From NCBI GenBank assembly GCA_041595255.1, contig JBFHKR010000001.1:1140-65139 (forward strand): a stretch of DNA of 64,000 nucleotides, in the 5' to 3' direction. The translations under genes were made by a program, and so were the position numbers. The stretch is from Chlorobiota bacterium. GTDB lineage: Bacteria; Bacteroidota; Ignavibacteria; Kapaibacteriales; UBA2268. The notes under the pieces were generated by a model. That model searched no databases. It saw only the letters and a list, made by a program, of their open reading frames with translations, and was not told the DNA's origin. Positions 20,673 to 30,665 of this stretch are shown here, piece after piece. Each line of letters opens with the position of its first letter. The first letter of the stretch is position 1.

Positions 20673-21483
20673 ATTCTATAATTGCTTTGACTTCATTATA
20701 CATATCTTTTAACTTTTGGTTATAATTTCCTGTTGGAAATTTTTTATCATACAACATTATGATATTCTGTGCTTCTTCAATTCTTTTCATCTTTAGTAAG
20801 GATTCTACCTTTCCTAAATAAGAATCTTCGAAATATTGAGTATCATCATATTTATTTATAACGAAATCATAATAAACTAATGATGCTTTTGGATCATCAA
20901 GCTTTTTATACAATTCTGCAATAGAAAATTCTCTATGTGCCAATTTTTCTCTCATTTCTTTTATTTTGTTGTCAGCTTCCAATGATAAAGAATCATTTGG
21001 ATATGTGCCTTGGAACTCAATAAAAGACTCAATTGCCTTCAAAGTATATTCTTGATCTCTTTCATAAGGAGGAGATAGTTTATAATAACATTGAGCTCTC
21101 ATATATAGAGACTGCTTGTTATATTCAGAAGAGGGATAAATTCTTCGTAATGAGTTATAATTAAAAGCTGCTAATATATATTTTTCTCTTTTAAAGTCGA
21201 TTTCCGCCAAATAGAATTGTGCATCATCAGCATATTGGCTCGCAGGATATTGTAATTTAATAAGGTCAAACATTTTCTGAGCTTCAAGGTTATCGTCATC
21301 TGCAAAGTATTCTTTTCCTTTATGAAAAAGATTTTCAGCTGTCATATTCCTGGTATCTAGACCACCACTACAAGCGGCGAAAAATGTTATGCTTAATATT
21401 AAGATTAGTTTTTTCATATTTGCAATATACGTAAAGTTGTAAGTATAGTTATAAAAAAAGGTTGATGATTTAAATATCATCAA
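20671..21483 (-). CDS. bamD: Outer membrane protein assembly factor BamD-like TPR lipoprotein
   Basis: 270 aa. Lipoprotein signal (LSITFFAACSG) and TPR-like repeats over the whole length. The position next to a tRNA is typical. Confidence 0.65.
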   Translation of the reverse strand: MMIFKSSTFFYNYTYNFTYIANMKKLILILSITFFAACSGGLDTRNMTAENLFHKGKEYFADDDNLEAQKMFDLIKLQYPASQYADDAQFYLAEIDFKREKYILAAFNYNSLRRIYPSSEYNKQSLYMRAQCYYKLSPPYERDQEYTLKAIESFIEFQGTYPNDSLSLEADNKIKEMREKLAHREFSIAELYKKLDDPKASLVYYDFVINKYDDTQYFEDSYLGKVESLLKMKRIEEAQNIIMLYDKKFPTGNYNQKLKDMYNEVKAIIE

Positions 21484-21491
21484 CCTTTGAG

Positions 21492-21575
21492 TACCCAGAG
21501 GGGGACTTGAACCCCCACGATGTTGCCATCACAGGATTTTAAGTCCTGAGCGTCTACCAATTCCGCCATCCGGGC
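21492..21575 (-). tRNA. tRNA-Leu (anticodon TAA)
   Basis: The minus strand reads GCCCGGA-TGGCGGAATTGGTAGACGC...anticodon loop CTTAAAA...GGTTCAAGTCC. It has a long variable arm and discriminator A; CCA is not encoded. Confidence 0.85.
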
Positions 21576-21690
21576 ACATAATCGAGTAGCAAAACTAAAT
21601 AACTTTTTGATAAAACAAAAAACATTTTTAAAATTTTTTTTTGAAACTAAAATTTAGCATATTCGTTTCATAAATAAAAAGGAGTTTCAA

Positions 21691-22761
21691 ATGAAAACAA
21701 CATTACCTATATCGATCTTATTACTGCTCGGTTTGATGTCGTGTACATCGACTAGAACTAACAACTATTATAGCTATGATAAACCAGATGAACAAATTAT
21801 AATAGTAGACAAAAACAATTCACAAGGTGACTCTGGTAACAATACTGGATGGGTAAATCCATTATCAAATAAAAAAACAACAAAGAATGTTTATACATCT
21901 GATAATGGTTCTGATGTTACGGTTATTAATAATTACTATAATCAATCACCCTACTATCAACCTGTAGTAGTTCCTTGGTGGAATGATGTGTATTATACAG
22001 GTTTTTATGGTTATCCTTATTCTGGATTTGGATTCGGGTTTTCCTATAATTGGGGTCCAAGATATTTTGATTGGTATTCTCCATGGTACAGATTCCATCC
22101 TTCGTTTGGTTTTGGTTGGGGTTTCTATTACGACAATTTCTATTTTAATAGATTCAATAGCCATCATCATCATTACAATTACGGACACAATCACAGAAAT
22201 TACAACAGATCACGTAATTATGCTCAAAGAGATAATTATAACTATTATAGATCACCAAGTACAAATTCTGTAAACTCTAGAAGTGCAGTTTCGGGTTATA
22301 ATAGAAGCGCTAGTACAAGTAGCCTCTACAATCAGAGCAATAGTACAAGTTACAATAGAAGTACTGGAACTAATTCTAATTATAATAGGACATCTGTGAA
22401 TGAAAACTCGAATAATACTAGAAACTCAAATGGTTCTAATTATAATAGAAGCAATTCAAATTCTACGACTAATACTAATTCTTATAACAATAATACAAGG
22501 ACTAATACAACTAGAAGTTCTTCAAGAACCAATACTACCAATAATACAAATGTAAATAGAACAAATACAAACACAAGAAGTTCTGGTTATACCAGATCTA
22601 GTGGTACTTCAGGTTCCAGCAACACATCAGGAACTCGTTCAAGCGGATCAAGTTATAATAGATCTTCCGGAAGTAGTTCGAGTGGAAGTAGTGGTCGCTC
22701 TTCAGGTGGTAGTTCAGGTGGTAGTAGCGGATCAAGCAATTCTAGAGGTGGTAGAAGGTAA
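21691..22761 (+). CDS. Lipoprotein with extreme low-complexity tail (aromatic/Gly-rich then N/S/T/R-rich YNRS / RGG-like repeats)
   Basis: 356 aa. Good RBS (aaaggag), signal peptide with lipobox-like LGLMSC, an FGFGFSYNWGPRYFDWY...HHHH block, then about 200 aa of N/S/T/R/Y with recurring NYNRS, ending SSGGSSGGSSGSSNSRGGRR. The nucleotide sequence shows cryptic tataatagaag repeats. Confidence 0.6.
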   Translation: MKTTLPISILLLLGLMSCTSTRTNNYYSYDKPDEQIIIVDKNNSQGDSGNNTGWVNPLSNKKTTKNVYTSDNGSDVTVINNYYNQSPYYQPVVVPWWNDVYYTGFYGYPYSGFGFGFSYNWGPRYFDWYSPWYRFHPSFGFGWGFYYDNFYFNRFNSHHHHYNYGHNHRNYNRSRNYAQRDNYNYYRSPSTNSVNSRSAVSGYNRSASTSSLYNQSNSTSYNRSTGTNSNYNRTSVNENSNNTRNSNGSNYNRSNSNSTTNTNSYNNNTRTNTTRSSSRTNTTNNTNVNRTNTNTRSSGYTRSSGTSGSSNTSGTRSSGSSYNRSSGSSSSGSSGRSSGGSSGGSSGSSNSRGGRR

Positions 22762-22763
22762 TA

Positions 22764-24167
22764 ATGTATAAGATACCTATTTTAATTGCATTATTTTACA
22801 CTGTTGGATTGCATTCTCAGAATATAGATGGAACATTATTAGATGTTATAAGATATTCTTCAGATAACAAAATAGTAAATACCCGATCCGCAGGATTGGG
22901 TTTTTCTTATTTAGGAGTCCTTAATGATGTAGCAGCACTACATTATAATCCAGCTGGTTTAGCATTGAATAATAAAACAGAAGTTTCATTTGGGGCAAAC
23001 TACAAGGATAACTCAATTACCACAGATTATTTAGATAATTTTGTTAATTCCAATGTTAATGATATAAACTTAACTAATATTTCTATATCATCTCCTGTTA
23101 GAGCTAACTATCAAAATTTAGATTTATATTTTATAGGAGTTTCATATTCTAGTAGTTTACAGTTTAACCAACTTACTAGAGCTGATGGATTTAACTATTC
23201 AAATTCATATATAAACTATGAATCAAAACAAGAAAGGTTATGGACTGAAAATACGAAATTATCACAAAATAGTATAACTTTCATTAATGATAGTCTATAT
23301 CAAGAATACCAATTATCTGAGTCTGGAGGTAATCATGACTTAACTTTTGGACTTGCTAGCGAATATTTTGAAGGCTTAGCAATTGGTGGGAGTATCAATT
23401 TTTCATTTGGATCTTATAAGTATGTAAGATTCTTAGATGAATCAGATACAAAAGAAATCTATCAAGAAAAAACTACCGAACCTCCATATAGTGATATAGA
23501 TAAAGTGTATCATACATTAGAGTATAATCAAGATTATACTTCAATTAATTTCAACATAGGGTTAGTTTATACTTATGAGGATTATTATAGACTCAGCATC
23601 AATATTAATACACCTGCAAGTATGAGAATCGAGGAAAATTTTTATGAAGAAGCAGAAGTAATATTTGATGATCAAGCTAGGACAACTTATAATAATTTGG
23701 GAAATATTAATAGCAGTTACTTTGATGTATTGTTACCTTGGTCTTTTGCTATTGGTACTTCTTACAATTCTGATGAATTAACACTAGCTGCAGCATTTCA
23801 ATTCAAAAATTATCCGGATATCGAATTTTTAAGAACCCAATCTAATTATTTGATGGATTTGAATGATAAAATGTATGGCTTACTCGATGGTATAGTTAAA
23901 TTTGGTGTAGGTTTCGAATATCAAATACCTTATTCTATTATTCAACTAAGAAGTGGAATAACTTTACAGTCTTCCCCTTTTGATAATACGAGTTTAACCA
24001 AATTATATAGTGGGGGAGTGGGGCTATTTTTATTTGAAACACTTAGAGTAGATTTATTTGGGCAGTTATTCAATTCTGATAATGAAGTATTTATATACGA
24101 ATCGCAGATCGTAAAAACTAAAAACGATATCTATAAATGCGGGATTGGATTAACTTATAGATATTAA
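22764..24167 (+). CDS. FadL/OmpP1-like outer-membrane beta-barrel protein
   Basis: 467 aa. Signal peptide and a hatch-domain-like NPAG motif (ALHYNPAGLAL) near the N-terminus. The rest has an alternating beta-strand character. It starts 3 nt after the upstream lipoprotein gene. Confidence 0.5.
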   Translation: MYKIPILIALFYTVGLHSQNIDGTLLDVIRYSSDNKIVNTRSAGLGFSYLGVLNDVAALHYNPAGLALNNKTEVSFGANYKDNSITTDYLDNFVNSNVNDINLTNISISSPVRANYQNLDLYFIGVSYSSSLQFNQLTRADGFNYSNSYINYESKQERLWTENTKLSQNSITFINDSLYQEYQLSESGGNHDLTFGLASEYFEGLAIGGSINFSFGSYKYVRFLDESDTKEIYQEKTTEPPYSDIDKVYHTLEYNQDYTSINFNIGLVYTYEDYYRLSININTPASMRIEENFYEEAEVIFDDQARTTYNNLGNINSSYFDVLLPWSFAIGTSYNSDELTLAAAFQFKNYPDIEFLRTQSNYLMDLNDKMYGLLDGIVKFGVGFEYQIPYSIIQLRSGITLQSSPFDNTSLTKLYSGGVGLFLFETLRVDLFGQLFNSDNEVFIYESQIVKTKNDIYKCGIGLTYRY

Positions 24168-25510
24168 CGCATCATATAAATAGCTATATTGAAATAAATA
24201 AGTAAACCTGAGACATCGACTATAGTAGTAATAACTGGACCTGAAATTACAGCAGGATCTAATTTCATCTTGTGTAGTAGTATAGGTAACAAACTACCAA
24301 TTACATTAGACCATAGAATTAATATTATTAAAGATGTACTAATAACCCAAGCTAATTGCATTGCATTGTCAGATTCTAAATACCCCCGTATAAATGCTAC
24401 AACAGCTAATGAGACCCCTAAAAGTAATCCAACAACTAATTCTTTACGAAATACTCTTAACCAATCATTATATCTAATATCGTCAGTTGCAATTCCACGA
24501 ATTATCAGTGTAGCGGATTGAGTACCTGAATTTCCACCAGTACCTGTTAGTAGTGGAATAAATGCGACTAAAGAAACGAAAGCTACAGTAACATAATCAT
24601 AATGACTTATAACAGATGCAGTAATGAAATTAGCAAATACCATCGCTAATAACCATGGAACTCTTTTTCCATATAATTTCCAAATACTTGCACTTAGATA
24701 AGATTGATCTAAAGGATTGATACCGGATGTTCTTTGAAAATCTTCAGTTGTTTCTTCTTCTGAAACATCATATATATCATCAAAAGTAACGATCCCGACT
24801 ATGTAACCATTAGAATCAACAACTGGTAATGCTAACACGTCATATTTTTCAAGCATACGAACAGCTTCTTCCCGATCATCAAAAGCTGATAGCGACAAAA
24901 ATGTGTCATCCATCAATTCAGAAATTTTCATCTCCTCGTCTGCTAGAATCAAATTCTTAAGGAGTATATCATCTATTAATCTTCCATTATCATCTATAAC
25001 ATATACTCGATATATAGTTTCACTATCTTTCCCAAATTTGCGAATATGTTCAATTGATTGTCTAATCGTAAAATCAGGTTGAACAGTTACAAAATCCGGT
25101 GTCATAAGACGCCCAATGCTTTCTTCAGGATAACCTAGCAAATATCTTGCTTCCTTCAGATCCTCAGCAGAGAGCATATTCATTAATGATTTCGTTACTT
25201 TTGCAGGTAATTCTTCTAACAAAGCTGTTCTATCATCAGGTGACATATCTGCTAATAATCTTCGAGTCTCACCATCAGTTAATTCGTTTAGTAACTGATC
25301 CCTCTCTTCTGCTTCTATATGACTAAATACTTGAGTAGAAACTTCTCTTGGTAGAGCTCTGAATAATAGAACTTTATACTCTTTTTCTATTTCAAGAAGT
25401 AACTCTGCAATCTCAGCTGGTTCCCAACCTTCCAAACCAATTCGGAGGTCTTTCCACCTTCTTTGCTTTATTATATCTTCTATTTCTGGTCTGAGAAGTT
25501 CTTTTAACAT
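24164..25510 (-). CDS. mgtE: Magnesium transporter MgtE
   Basis: 448 aa. MgtE N-domain, tandem CBS domains and a C-terminal 5-TM MgtE domain (PLLTGTGGNSGTQSATLIIRG). Confidence 0.9.
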   Translation of the reverse strand: MLKELLRPEIEDIIKQRRWKDLRIGLEGWEPAEIAELLLEIEKEYKVLLFRALPREVSTQVFSHIEAEERDQLLNELTDGETRRLLADMSPDDRTALLEELPAKVTKSLMNMLSAEDLKEARYLLGYPEESIGRLMTPDFVTVQPDFTIRQSIEHIRKFGKDSETIYRVYVIDDNGRLIDDILLKNLILADEEMKISELMDDTFLSLSAFDDREEAVRMLEKYDVLALPVVDSNGYIVGIVTFDDIYDVSEEETTEDFQRTSGINPLDQSYLSASIWKLYGKRVPWLLAMVFANFITASVISHYDYVTVAFVSLVAFIPLLTGTGGNSGTQSATLIIRGIATDDIRYNDWLRVFRKELVVGLLLGVSLAVVAFIRGYLESDNAMQLAWVISTSLIILILWSNVIGSLLPILLHKMKLDPAVISGPVITTIVDVSGLLIYFNIAIYMMR

Positions 25511-25593
25511 TTACATATTTTCATTTTTGACATCTTACAAGTTAGTTACAATAGAAATAAATACAAATTTATTAAATTAAATCTTTATTTTAT

Positions 25594-25625
25594 TTTGCAA
25601 TAAAGTAATATTAGATGTATTTTTG
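25594..25625 (+). promoter_or_regulatory. Bacteroidetes-type sigma-A promoter (-33 TTTG / -7 TAnnTTTG) upstream of rpsT
   Basis: TTTG at 25594-25597 and TATTTTTG at 25618-25625 are separated by 20 nt. The rpsT start at 25665 is about 40 nt downstream. Confidence 0.4.
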
Positions 25626-25664
25626 AAGTCAAATATTTTGTAAATAATAAAATCATTTAAGATT

Positions 25665-25925
25665 ATGGCTAATCATCAATCATCTGTCAAAAGAATAAGA
25701 CAAACTAAAAAAAGAAATTTATACAATAGAGAGTATAAAAAGCAAGTAAAAGTAGCAGTTAGAGCAGTTAGGGAATCAACTGAATATGCTGCTGGTATGG
25801 ACAATCTTAGCAATGCTATCAAAGTAATTGATAGAGCTTCTGCGAAAGGTATCATTCATAAAAATAATGCTTCTAGAAGAAAATCTAGACTTTCTAAGTT
25901 TATCAAATCTTTGAAGAAAGACTAA
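25665..25925 (+). CDS. rpsT: 30S ribosomal protein S20
   Basis: 86 aa. MANHQSSVKRIRQTKKRNLYN is a canonical S20 N-terminus. Confidence 0.95.
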   Translation: MANHQSSVKRIRQTKKRNLYNREYKKQVKVAVRAVRESTEYAAGMDNLSNAIKVIDRASAKGIIHKNNASRRKSRLSKFIKSLKKD

Positions 25926-25945
25926 ACTAAGCAAAGAATTAAATT

Positions 25946-26019
25946 GCACCCGTAGCTCAACTGGATAGAGCATCTGACTACGGATCAGAAGGTTTGGAGT
26001 TCGAATCTCTTCGGGTGTA
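25946..26019 (+). tRNA. tRNA-Arg (anticodon ACG)
   Basis: GCACCCGTAGCTCAACTGGATAGAGC, anticodon loop CTACGGA, T-arm GGTTCGAATCT. CCA is not encoded. Confidence 0.9.
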
Positions 26020-26034
26020 CTACCCCCTTTTTTT

Positions 26035-26068
26035 AAAACATCTTAATTAATATTAAGATGTTTTTTTA
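26035..26068 (+). terminator. Rho-independent terminator after rpsT-tRNA-Arg
   Basis: Hairpin aaaacatcttaat-taa-tattaagatgtttt followed by a T-run. Confidence 0.7.
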
Positions 26069-26147
26069 TTTTATACCAATTATCCGTACTTTAGTACATA
26101 TCTATCATATTAGATTTATTTCATAAATTAGAAAATGATAATTTATT

Positions 26148-28511
26148 ATGACCTTAGTGTTTCTAATTATATCTATTTGTCTTGCAGTTGCATTACTACT
26201 AGTAGTAGTTAGATTACGTACATTATCAAGAGAAAAAAGTTTGATGAAAGAAAGATTTGACTATTTACAACGATTGTCAAATACTGGATATTTCGATGGT
26301 TATTTTTCTGATGAAAAAGTATGGTGGTCTGAAGAGTTAAATAAACTAATAGGACTAAAACCTGAAGAATATATTACCACTAAACAAGCCGCGTTAGATT
26401 TGATTTTTGAAAAAGATAGACCTACTTATAAAAGTCAATTAGAGAATTTAATACAAACTAAAGAACCTTTGGCAACTGAATATAGAGGTATAAAAAAGGA
26501 TACAGGAGAACTTAGACATTATAGAACAAATGTAGAATTGATAACTGATGATGTTGGTAATCCAATTGGGTTGAGAGGTACAGTCCAAGATAATACTGAT
26601 AAAAAAGAAATACAAAAAGCTTTGAACGAAAGTGAGATCAAACAAGCAAATGTAATGTCAAATATTGATGATTTAGTATTTGTAGTAAATAATGAAGGTG
26701 TTTTTACGGATTTCTATAATTCATCAAGTAAAGATGAACTTTATGCTACTCCAGAACAATTTCTTAATAAACATCATTCTGAAGTATTGCCTGAAAGTAT
26801 TTCTAAAAGTTTCGACTCAACTATAAATATGATAAAATTAGACGGAAAGTCACGACAATTTGATTATTCTTTAGAAATAAATGGAGAAACTAAATGGAAT
26901 AATGTTAAAGTATCTGTATTCAAAGGTAATGATGGTCAAAAAGAAGGTTATATAGTTGTAGCTAGAGATTTTACATCCCGTAAACAGATTGAAGAAAAAT
27001 TAGTAGAAAGCGAAAAAAGATTTAGAAAAATGACAGAATTACTACCTGTCGCGGTTTTAGAAGTTGATTTAGATGGAAGTATAAAATATGCTAACAGTAA
27101 AGCAATTGAGTGGTTTGGTTATGAAAAAGATGAATTTATAGAAAATCTAAAAACTTACGATTTAGTTGTCCCAGATCAAAGAAACTTAATAAAAGAAAAC
27201 CTCCGGAATAGAATTCAGAACCCTAATCTAGGTCCGATAGAATATACTGGTATGAAAAAAAATGGTGATTCATTCGATGTTCTATTGTTTGCAAGTGCTA
27301 TTAGAAAAGGAGAAGATTTGATTGGATTTAGGGGAGTACTAATGGATATATCGGAGAGAAAAAAGCATTTATCAGAACTTCAAAAAATCTCTAAGCTTGA
27401 ATCATTAGGAATATTGGCGGGTGGAATCGCTCATAATTTCAAAAATATATTAGCTGCTATAACCTTGTCAGTTGATGTCATAAAAATGAGTCCTGTATCT
27501 ATTGAAAAACAATTAAATCGAATCTCTGCAAGTTTGGAGCAAGCTAATGCTTTAGCAACAAGGTTTCAGACTTTTACAAAGTCAAATGAACCCACTTTAG
27601 AATCAATAGATATCAATGAAATTATTGAGAACTCAGTAGAAATTGCATTAGCTGGAACGTCAAACAAAATCGTATTAAATTTAGAAAAAGATATATTTCC
27701 TATAGAAGCCGATAGTAAACAATTAAATGAGGTAATTCTAAACCTACTTATAAACGCCAACCAAGCGATGTTAAAAGGTGGTACGATTGAAGTATCAACT
27801 AGTAATGTGTATTTGTCAGACAAGCAGGTACAATCATTAGCTGAAGGTGATTATATAAAGATTGATATAAAGGATGAAGGTATAGGTATCGAAAAGGAAG
27901 TAATAGAGGAAATATTCACTCCATTTTATACTACAAAAAAGGATGGTCAAGGACTTGGATTACCAACAGTTTTTTTTATTATTAAAAATCATAAGGGTGC
28001 TATAACTGTAGAATCCGAAGTCGGTAAAGGTACATTATTTTCAATTTATTTGAAAAAACAAAAAGAAGGAATCGAGAAAGAAATAGTCTCTATGAAAAAA
28101 AATATTAATCATAAGTTTAGAAAAATTAGGGTCTTTCTAGTAGATGATGATATAAATATTACAAATACAATGTCGGATGTCTCTGAAATAATAACTGATC
28201 TAGAAATATCAACTTTCAATAATCCTATTTTAGCGATTGATTACTTCAAAAAAACACACCAGAATAATCCTTTCGATATCGCAATATTAGATATGACATT
28301 AGTTGGTTATGATATAGATGGACTAGATGTTTTAAAAGAAATCAGGTCAATAGATCCTAATATAAAAGCCTTAGTATTCAGTGGACATTCATCAAAGCCA
28401 GTTGTATCACACTACCAAGAATTTGGATTCGATGGTAGATTAGAAAAACCTTGTAATTTCGAACATTTATTAGAAACAATACTAGAAGCATTAAATAAAA
28501 AAAACGTTTAA
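26148..28511 (+). CDS. PAS-domain hybrid sensor histidine kinase with C-terminal receiver
   Basis: 787 aa. N-terminal TM, multiple PAS/PAC segments, an H-box region (GIAHNFKNIL), HATPase_c (GLGLPTVFFIIKNHKG...GKGTLFSIYL) and a REC domain (VFLVDDD...DIAILDMTL). Confidence 0.85.
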   Translation: MTLVFLIISICLAVALLLVVVRLRTLSREKSLMKERFDYLQRLSNTGYFDGYFSDEKVWWSEELNKLIGLKPEEYITTKQAALDLIFEKDRPTYKSQLENLIQTKEPLATEYRGIKKDTGELRHYRTNVELITDDVGNPIGLRGTVQDNTDKKEIQKALNESEIKQANVMSNIDDLVFVVNNEGVFTDFYNSSSKDELYATPEQFLNKHHSEVLPESISKSFDSTINMIKLDGKSRQFDYSLEINGETKWNNVKVSVFKGNDGQKEGYIVVARDFTSRKQIEEKLVESEKRFRKMTELLPVAVLEVDLDGSIKYANSKAIEWFGYEKDEFIENLKTYDLVVPDQRNLIKENLRNRIQNPNLGPIEYTGMKKNGDSFDVLLFASAIRKGEDLIGFRGVLMDISERKKHLSELQKISKLESLGILAGGIAHNFKNILAAITLSVDVIKMSPVSIEKQLNRISASLEQANALATRFQTFTKSNEPTLESIDINEIIENSVEIALAGTSNKIVLNLEKDIFPIEADSKQLNEVILNLLINANQAMLKGGTIEVSTSNVYLSDKQVQSLAEGDYIKIDIKDEGIGIEKEVIEEIFTPFYTTKKDGQGLGLPTVFFIIKNHKGAITVESEVGKGTLFSIYLKKQKEGIEKEIVSMKKNINHKFRKIRVFLVDDDINITNTMSDVSEIITDLEISTFNNPILAIDYFKKTHQNNPFDIAILDMTLVGYDIDGLDVLKEIRSIDPNIKALVFSGHSSKPVVSHYQEFGFDGRLEKPCNFEHLLETILEALNKKNV

Positions 28512-28557
28512 TAGAGCTAACTATCAAACGCTTTTAAACTTTAATTCCAATTTTTTT

Positions 28558-30636
28558 TTACATCCCTAATGTATTGAATATAAACTTCCATTGTAAGTAT
28601 GTATTCTCCACTTGTTTATCTATTGATTGACCACTACCATGACCTGAATCGAAATCGACGAAAAGAAAGATATTATTCTTTTGTCCTTGATTGTTTTGCA
28701 ATGCAGCAGCGAATTTTTTTGCATGCAGTGGATCTACTCTAGTATCATTTTCACCAGCTTTAACTAAAGTAATGGGGTAGTTGACTCCCTCTTGTATATT
28801 ATGATAAGGTGAATACTGTCTTATAAACTCAAAATCCTCTGCTTTATCAGGGTCACCATATTCTGGTATCCAATATCTAGCGATTAAGAATTTATGGTAT
28901 CTCAACATATCCAATAAAGGAACCGCAACTACTACTGATTTGAACAAATCAGGTCTTTGAACTAAACATGCTCCAGTTAATAAGCCTCCATTAGAACCAC
29001 CTAAAATACTTAATTTATCAGAATTAGTATATTTCTCTGAAATTAGATACTCTGCAGCGGAAATAAAGTCATTAAAAACGTTTTGTTTTCGCTCTAACAT
29101 CCCGTCTTTGTGCCAACTTTCACCGTATTCACTTCCTCCACGTAAACATGCTACAGCATAGATACCACCTCGATTGATAAAAGAGGCTTTATCACCTAAG
29201 AAAGAAGGACTCATTGAAATGTTGAACCCACCATACCCATATAATAAAGTAGGATTATTTCCATCAAGTTCTATATCCTTTCTGTGGGAAATAAATAATG
29301 GTATCATTGTTCCATCCAATGATTTATATTTAACCATTTTTGAAACTATGTTTTCTGTATTAATGGGTAATTTATCTTGATAATAAAATTCCCATTCCAA
29401 AGTTTTTCCATCCAATTTATAAAGTTTGGCAGGACTTGTAAATGTTGATAAACTTACGAATACTGTATTCAAATCCTCATTATAACTCATTCCCGATATA
29501 TCTCCGAATTCAGGAGTATTTATTTCCTTTATAAAATTACCATCGAAATCGTAAGCTGCTAAATGACTAAGCACATCTTTCTTATACATAATTAATACAT
29601 AGTCTGATGTAAAAGTGAAACCTTCTAATACTGTTTCTTTCTCTGGGTAGAATTCGTACCAATTTTCGAATTCTGGTGTATTAACATCAGTTACATATAT
29701 TTTAAAATTGGGAGCATTGTAGTTAGATTGAAAAAATATTTTGCCATCATGGAAATCTGGAAAAGCAGTGAATTCTTTGGAACTGAATATTGTTTTGGGA
29801 TCACTATTATCACCTTGTTTTCTCATTTTTAATGTATTTGAGTAAAAATCACCCTGACTAAAGAAAGTTAATCCACCATGTTTCGTATCCCATACACTAG
29901 CAACATCCTTTGCATCATTAGGTTCTGCTAGCAAAATATCATTTTCTCTACTCGAGCCTAATCTGTGTTTATAAACTTGAATAGGTTTCTGTTGATCAAT
30001 CATTTCCCTTGTTTGAACAGTAATATATGCAAATTTTTCGTCCTTTGCGAATGAGAATGATCTTAGTCCTGTTATATCCTCGCCAATTTTCTTACCCGTT
30101 TTCGAATCTAATAATCTGTAAGTGTCAATTTCATCGCCTTTGTATTGTGTTCCTACAGAAATTATATTTCCATCCTCGGTAAAATCTAAACCTGATAGTG
30201 ATGTATTTCCAGTTGAATCTAAATCAATGGGGGAGAAGAGCCTTATTTCCTTTCCGTCAATTATAGTATAAAGAGTATTATGCTGTTCCCCTTTTTTTCT
30301 AGAATAAAAGAATTCTCTTTTCCCTCTAAAAAAAGGAGCACTTCTATAATCTCTATCATTTAAAGCTTTGATTTCATCCTTTAAACCTTCAATATCTTTA
30401 CCATTATTAAGGATGTAATCGACTGTAGATTTATGTTGTTTTTCTGACCACGCTCTTACTTCCGGATTAGATTTATCTTCTAACCATCTGTAATCATCCT
30501 TTATGATTTCACCATGTAAGGTATCAAACACCGTAGTTTTTTTTGTTAAGGGAGGTTGAAATTCTGTCATTTCATTTCCTTTTAGATTAGTTAAAGCTAT
30601 AGCAAAAAGCAAAGTAGCTATTTTAAATTTTGACAT
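28558..30636 (-). CDS. Prolyl oligopeptidase family (S9A) serine peptidase, secreted
   Basis: 692 aa. Signal peptide, an N-terminal beta-propeller region and a C-terminal alpha/beta hydrolase with GGSNGGLL (nucleophile Ser) and the D/H triad context. Confidence 0.85.
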   Translation of the reverse strand: MSKFKIATLLFAIALTNLKGNEMTEFQPPLTKKTTVFDTLHGEIIKDDYRWLEDKSNPEVRAWSEKQHKSTVDYILNNGKDIEGLKDEIKALNDRDYRSAPFFRGKREFFYSRKKGEQHNTLYTIIDGKEIRLFSPIDLDSTGNTSLSGLDFTEDGNIISVGTQYKGDEIDTYRLLDSKTGKKIGEDITGLRSFSFAKDEKFAYITVQTREMIDQQKPIQVYKHRLGSSRENDILLAEPNDAKDVASVWDTKHGGLTFFSQGDFYSNTLKMRKQGDNSDPKTIFSSKEFTAFPDFHDGKIFFQSNYNAPNFKIYVTDVNTPEFENWYEFYPEKETVLEGFTFTSDYVLIMYKKDVLSHLAAYDFDGNFIKEINTPEFGDISGMSYNEDLNTVFVSLSTFTSPAKLYKLDGKTLEWEFYYQDKLPINTENIVSKMVKYKSLDGTMIPLFISHRKDIELDGNNPTLLYGYGGFNISMSPSFLGDKASFINRGGIYAVACLRGGSEYGESWHKDGMLERKQNVFNDFISAAEYLISEKYTNSDKLSILGGSNGGLLTGACLVQRPDLFKSVVVAVPLLDMLRYHKFLIARYWIPEYGDPDKAEDFEFIRQYSPYHNIQEGVNYPITLVKAGENDTRVDPLHAKKFAAALQNNQGQKNNIFLFVDFDSGHGSGQSIDKQVENTYLQWKFIFNTLGM

Positions 30637-30665
30637 AATGTAACTCTAATATTAATAATTAAATT

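Noticed and set aside
21946-22273. Two overlapping ORFs (82 aa minus, 96 aa plus) within the low-complexity lipoprotein gene
   Set aside because: The 356-aa frame has an RBS, signal peptide and coherent composition. The alternatives are I/T-rich shadows created by the repetitive codon usage.
22200-22760. Repetitive DNA (tataatagaag-like units) considered as a possible CRISPR or tandem-repeat array
   Set aside because: The repeats are short, imperfect and in-frame within a coding sequence. There are no regular repeat-spacer units and no cas genes.
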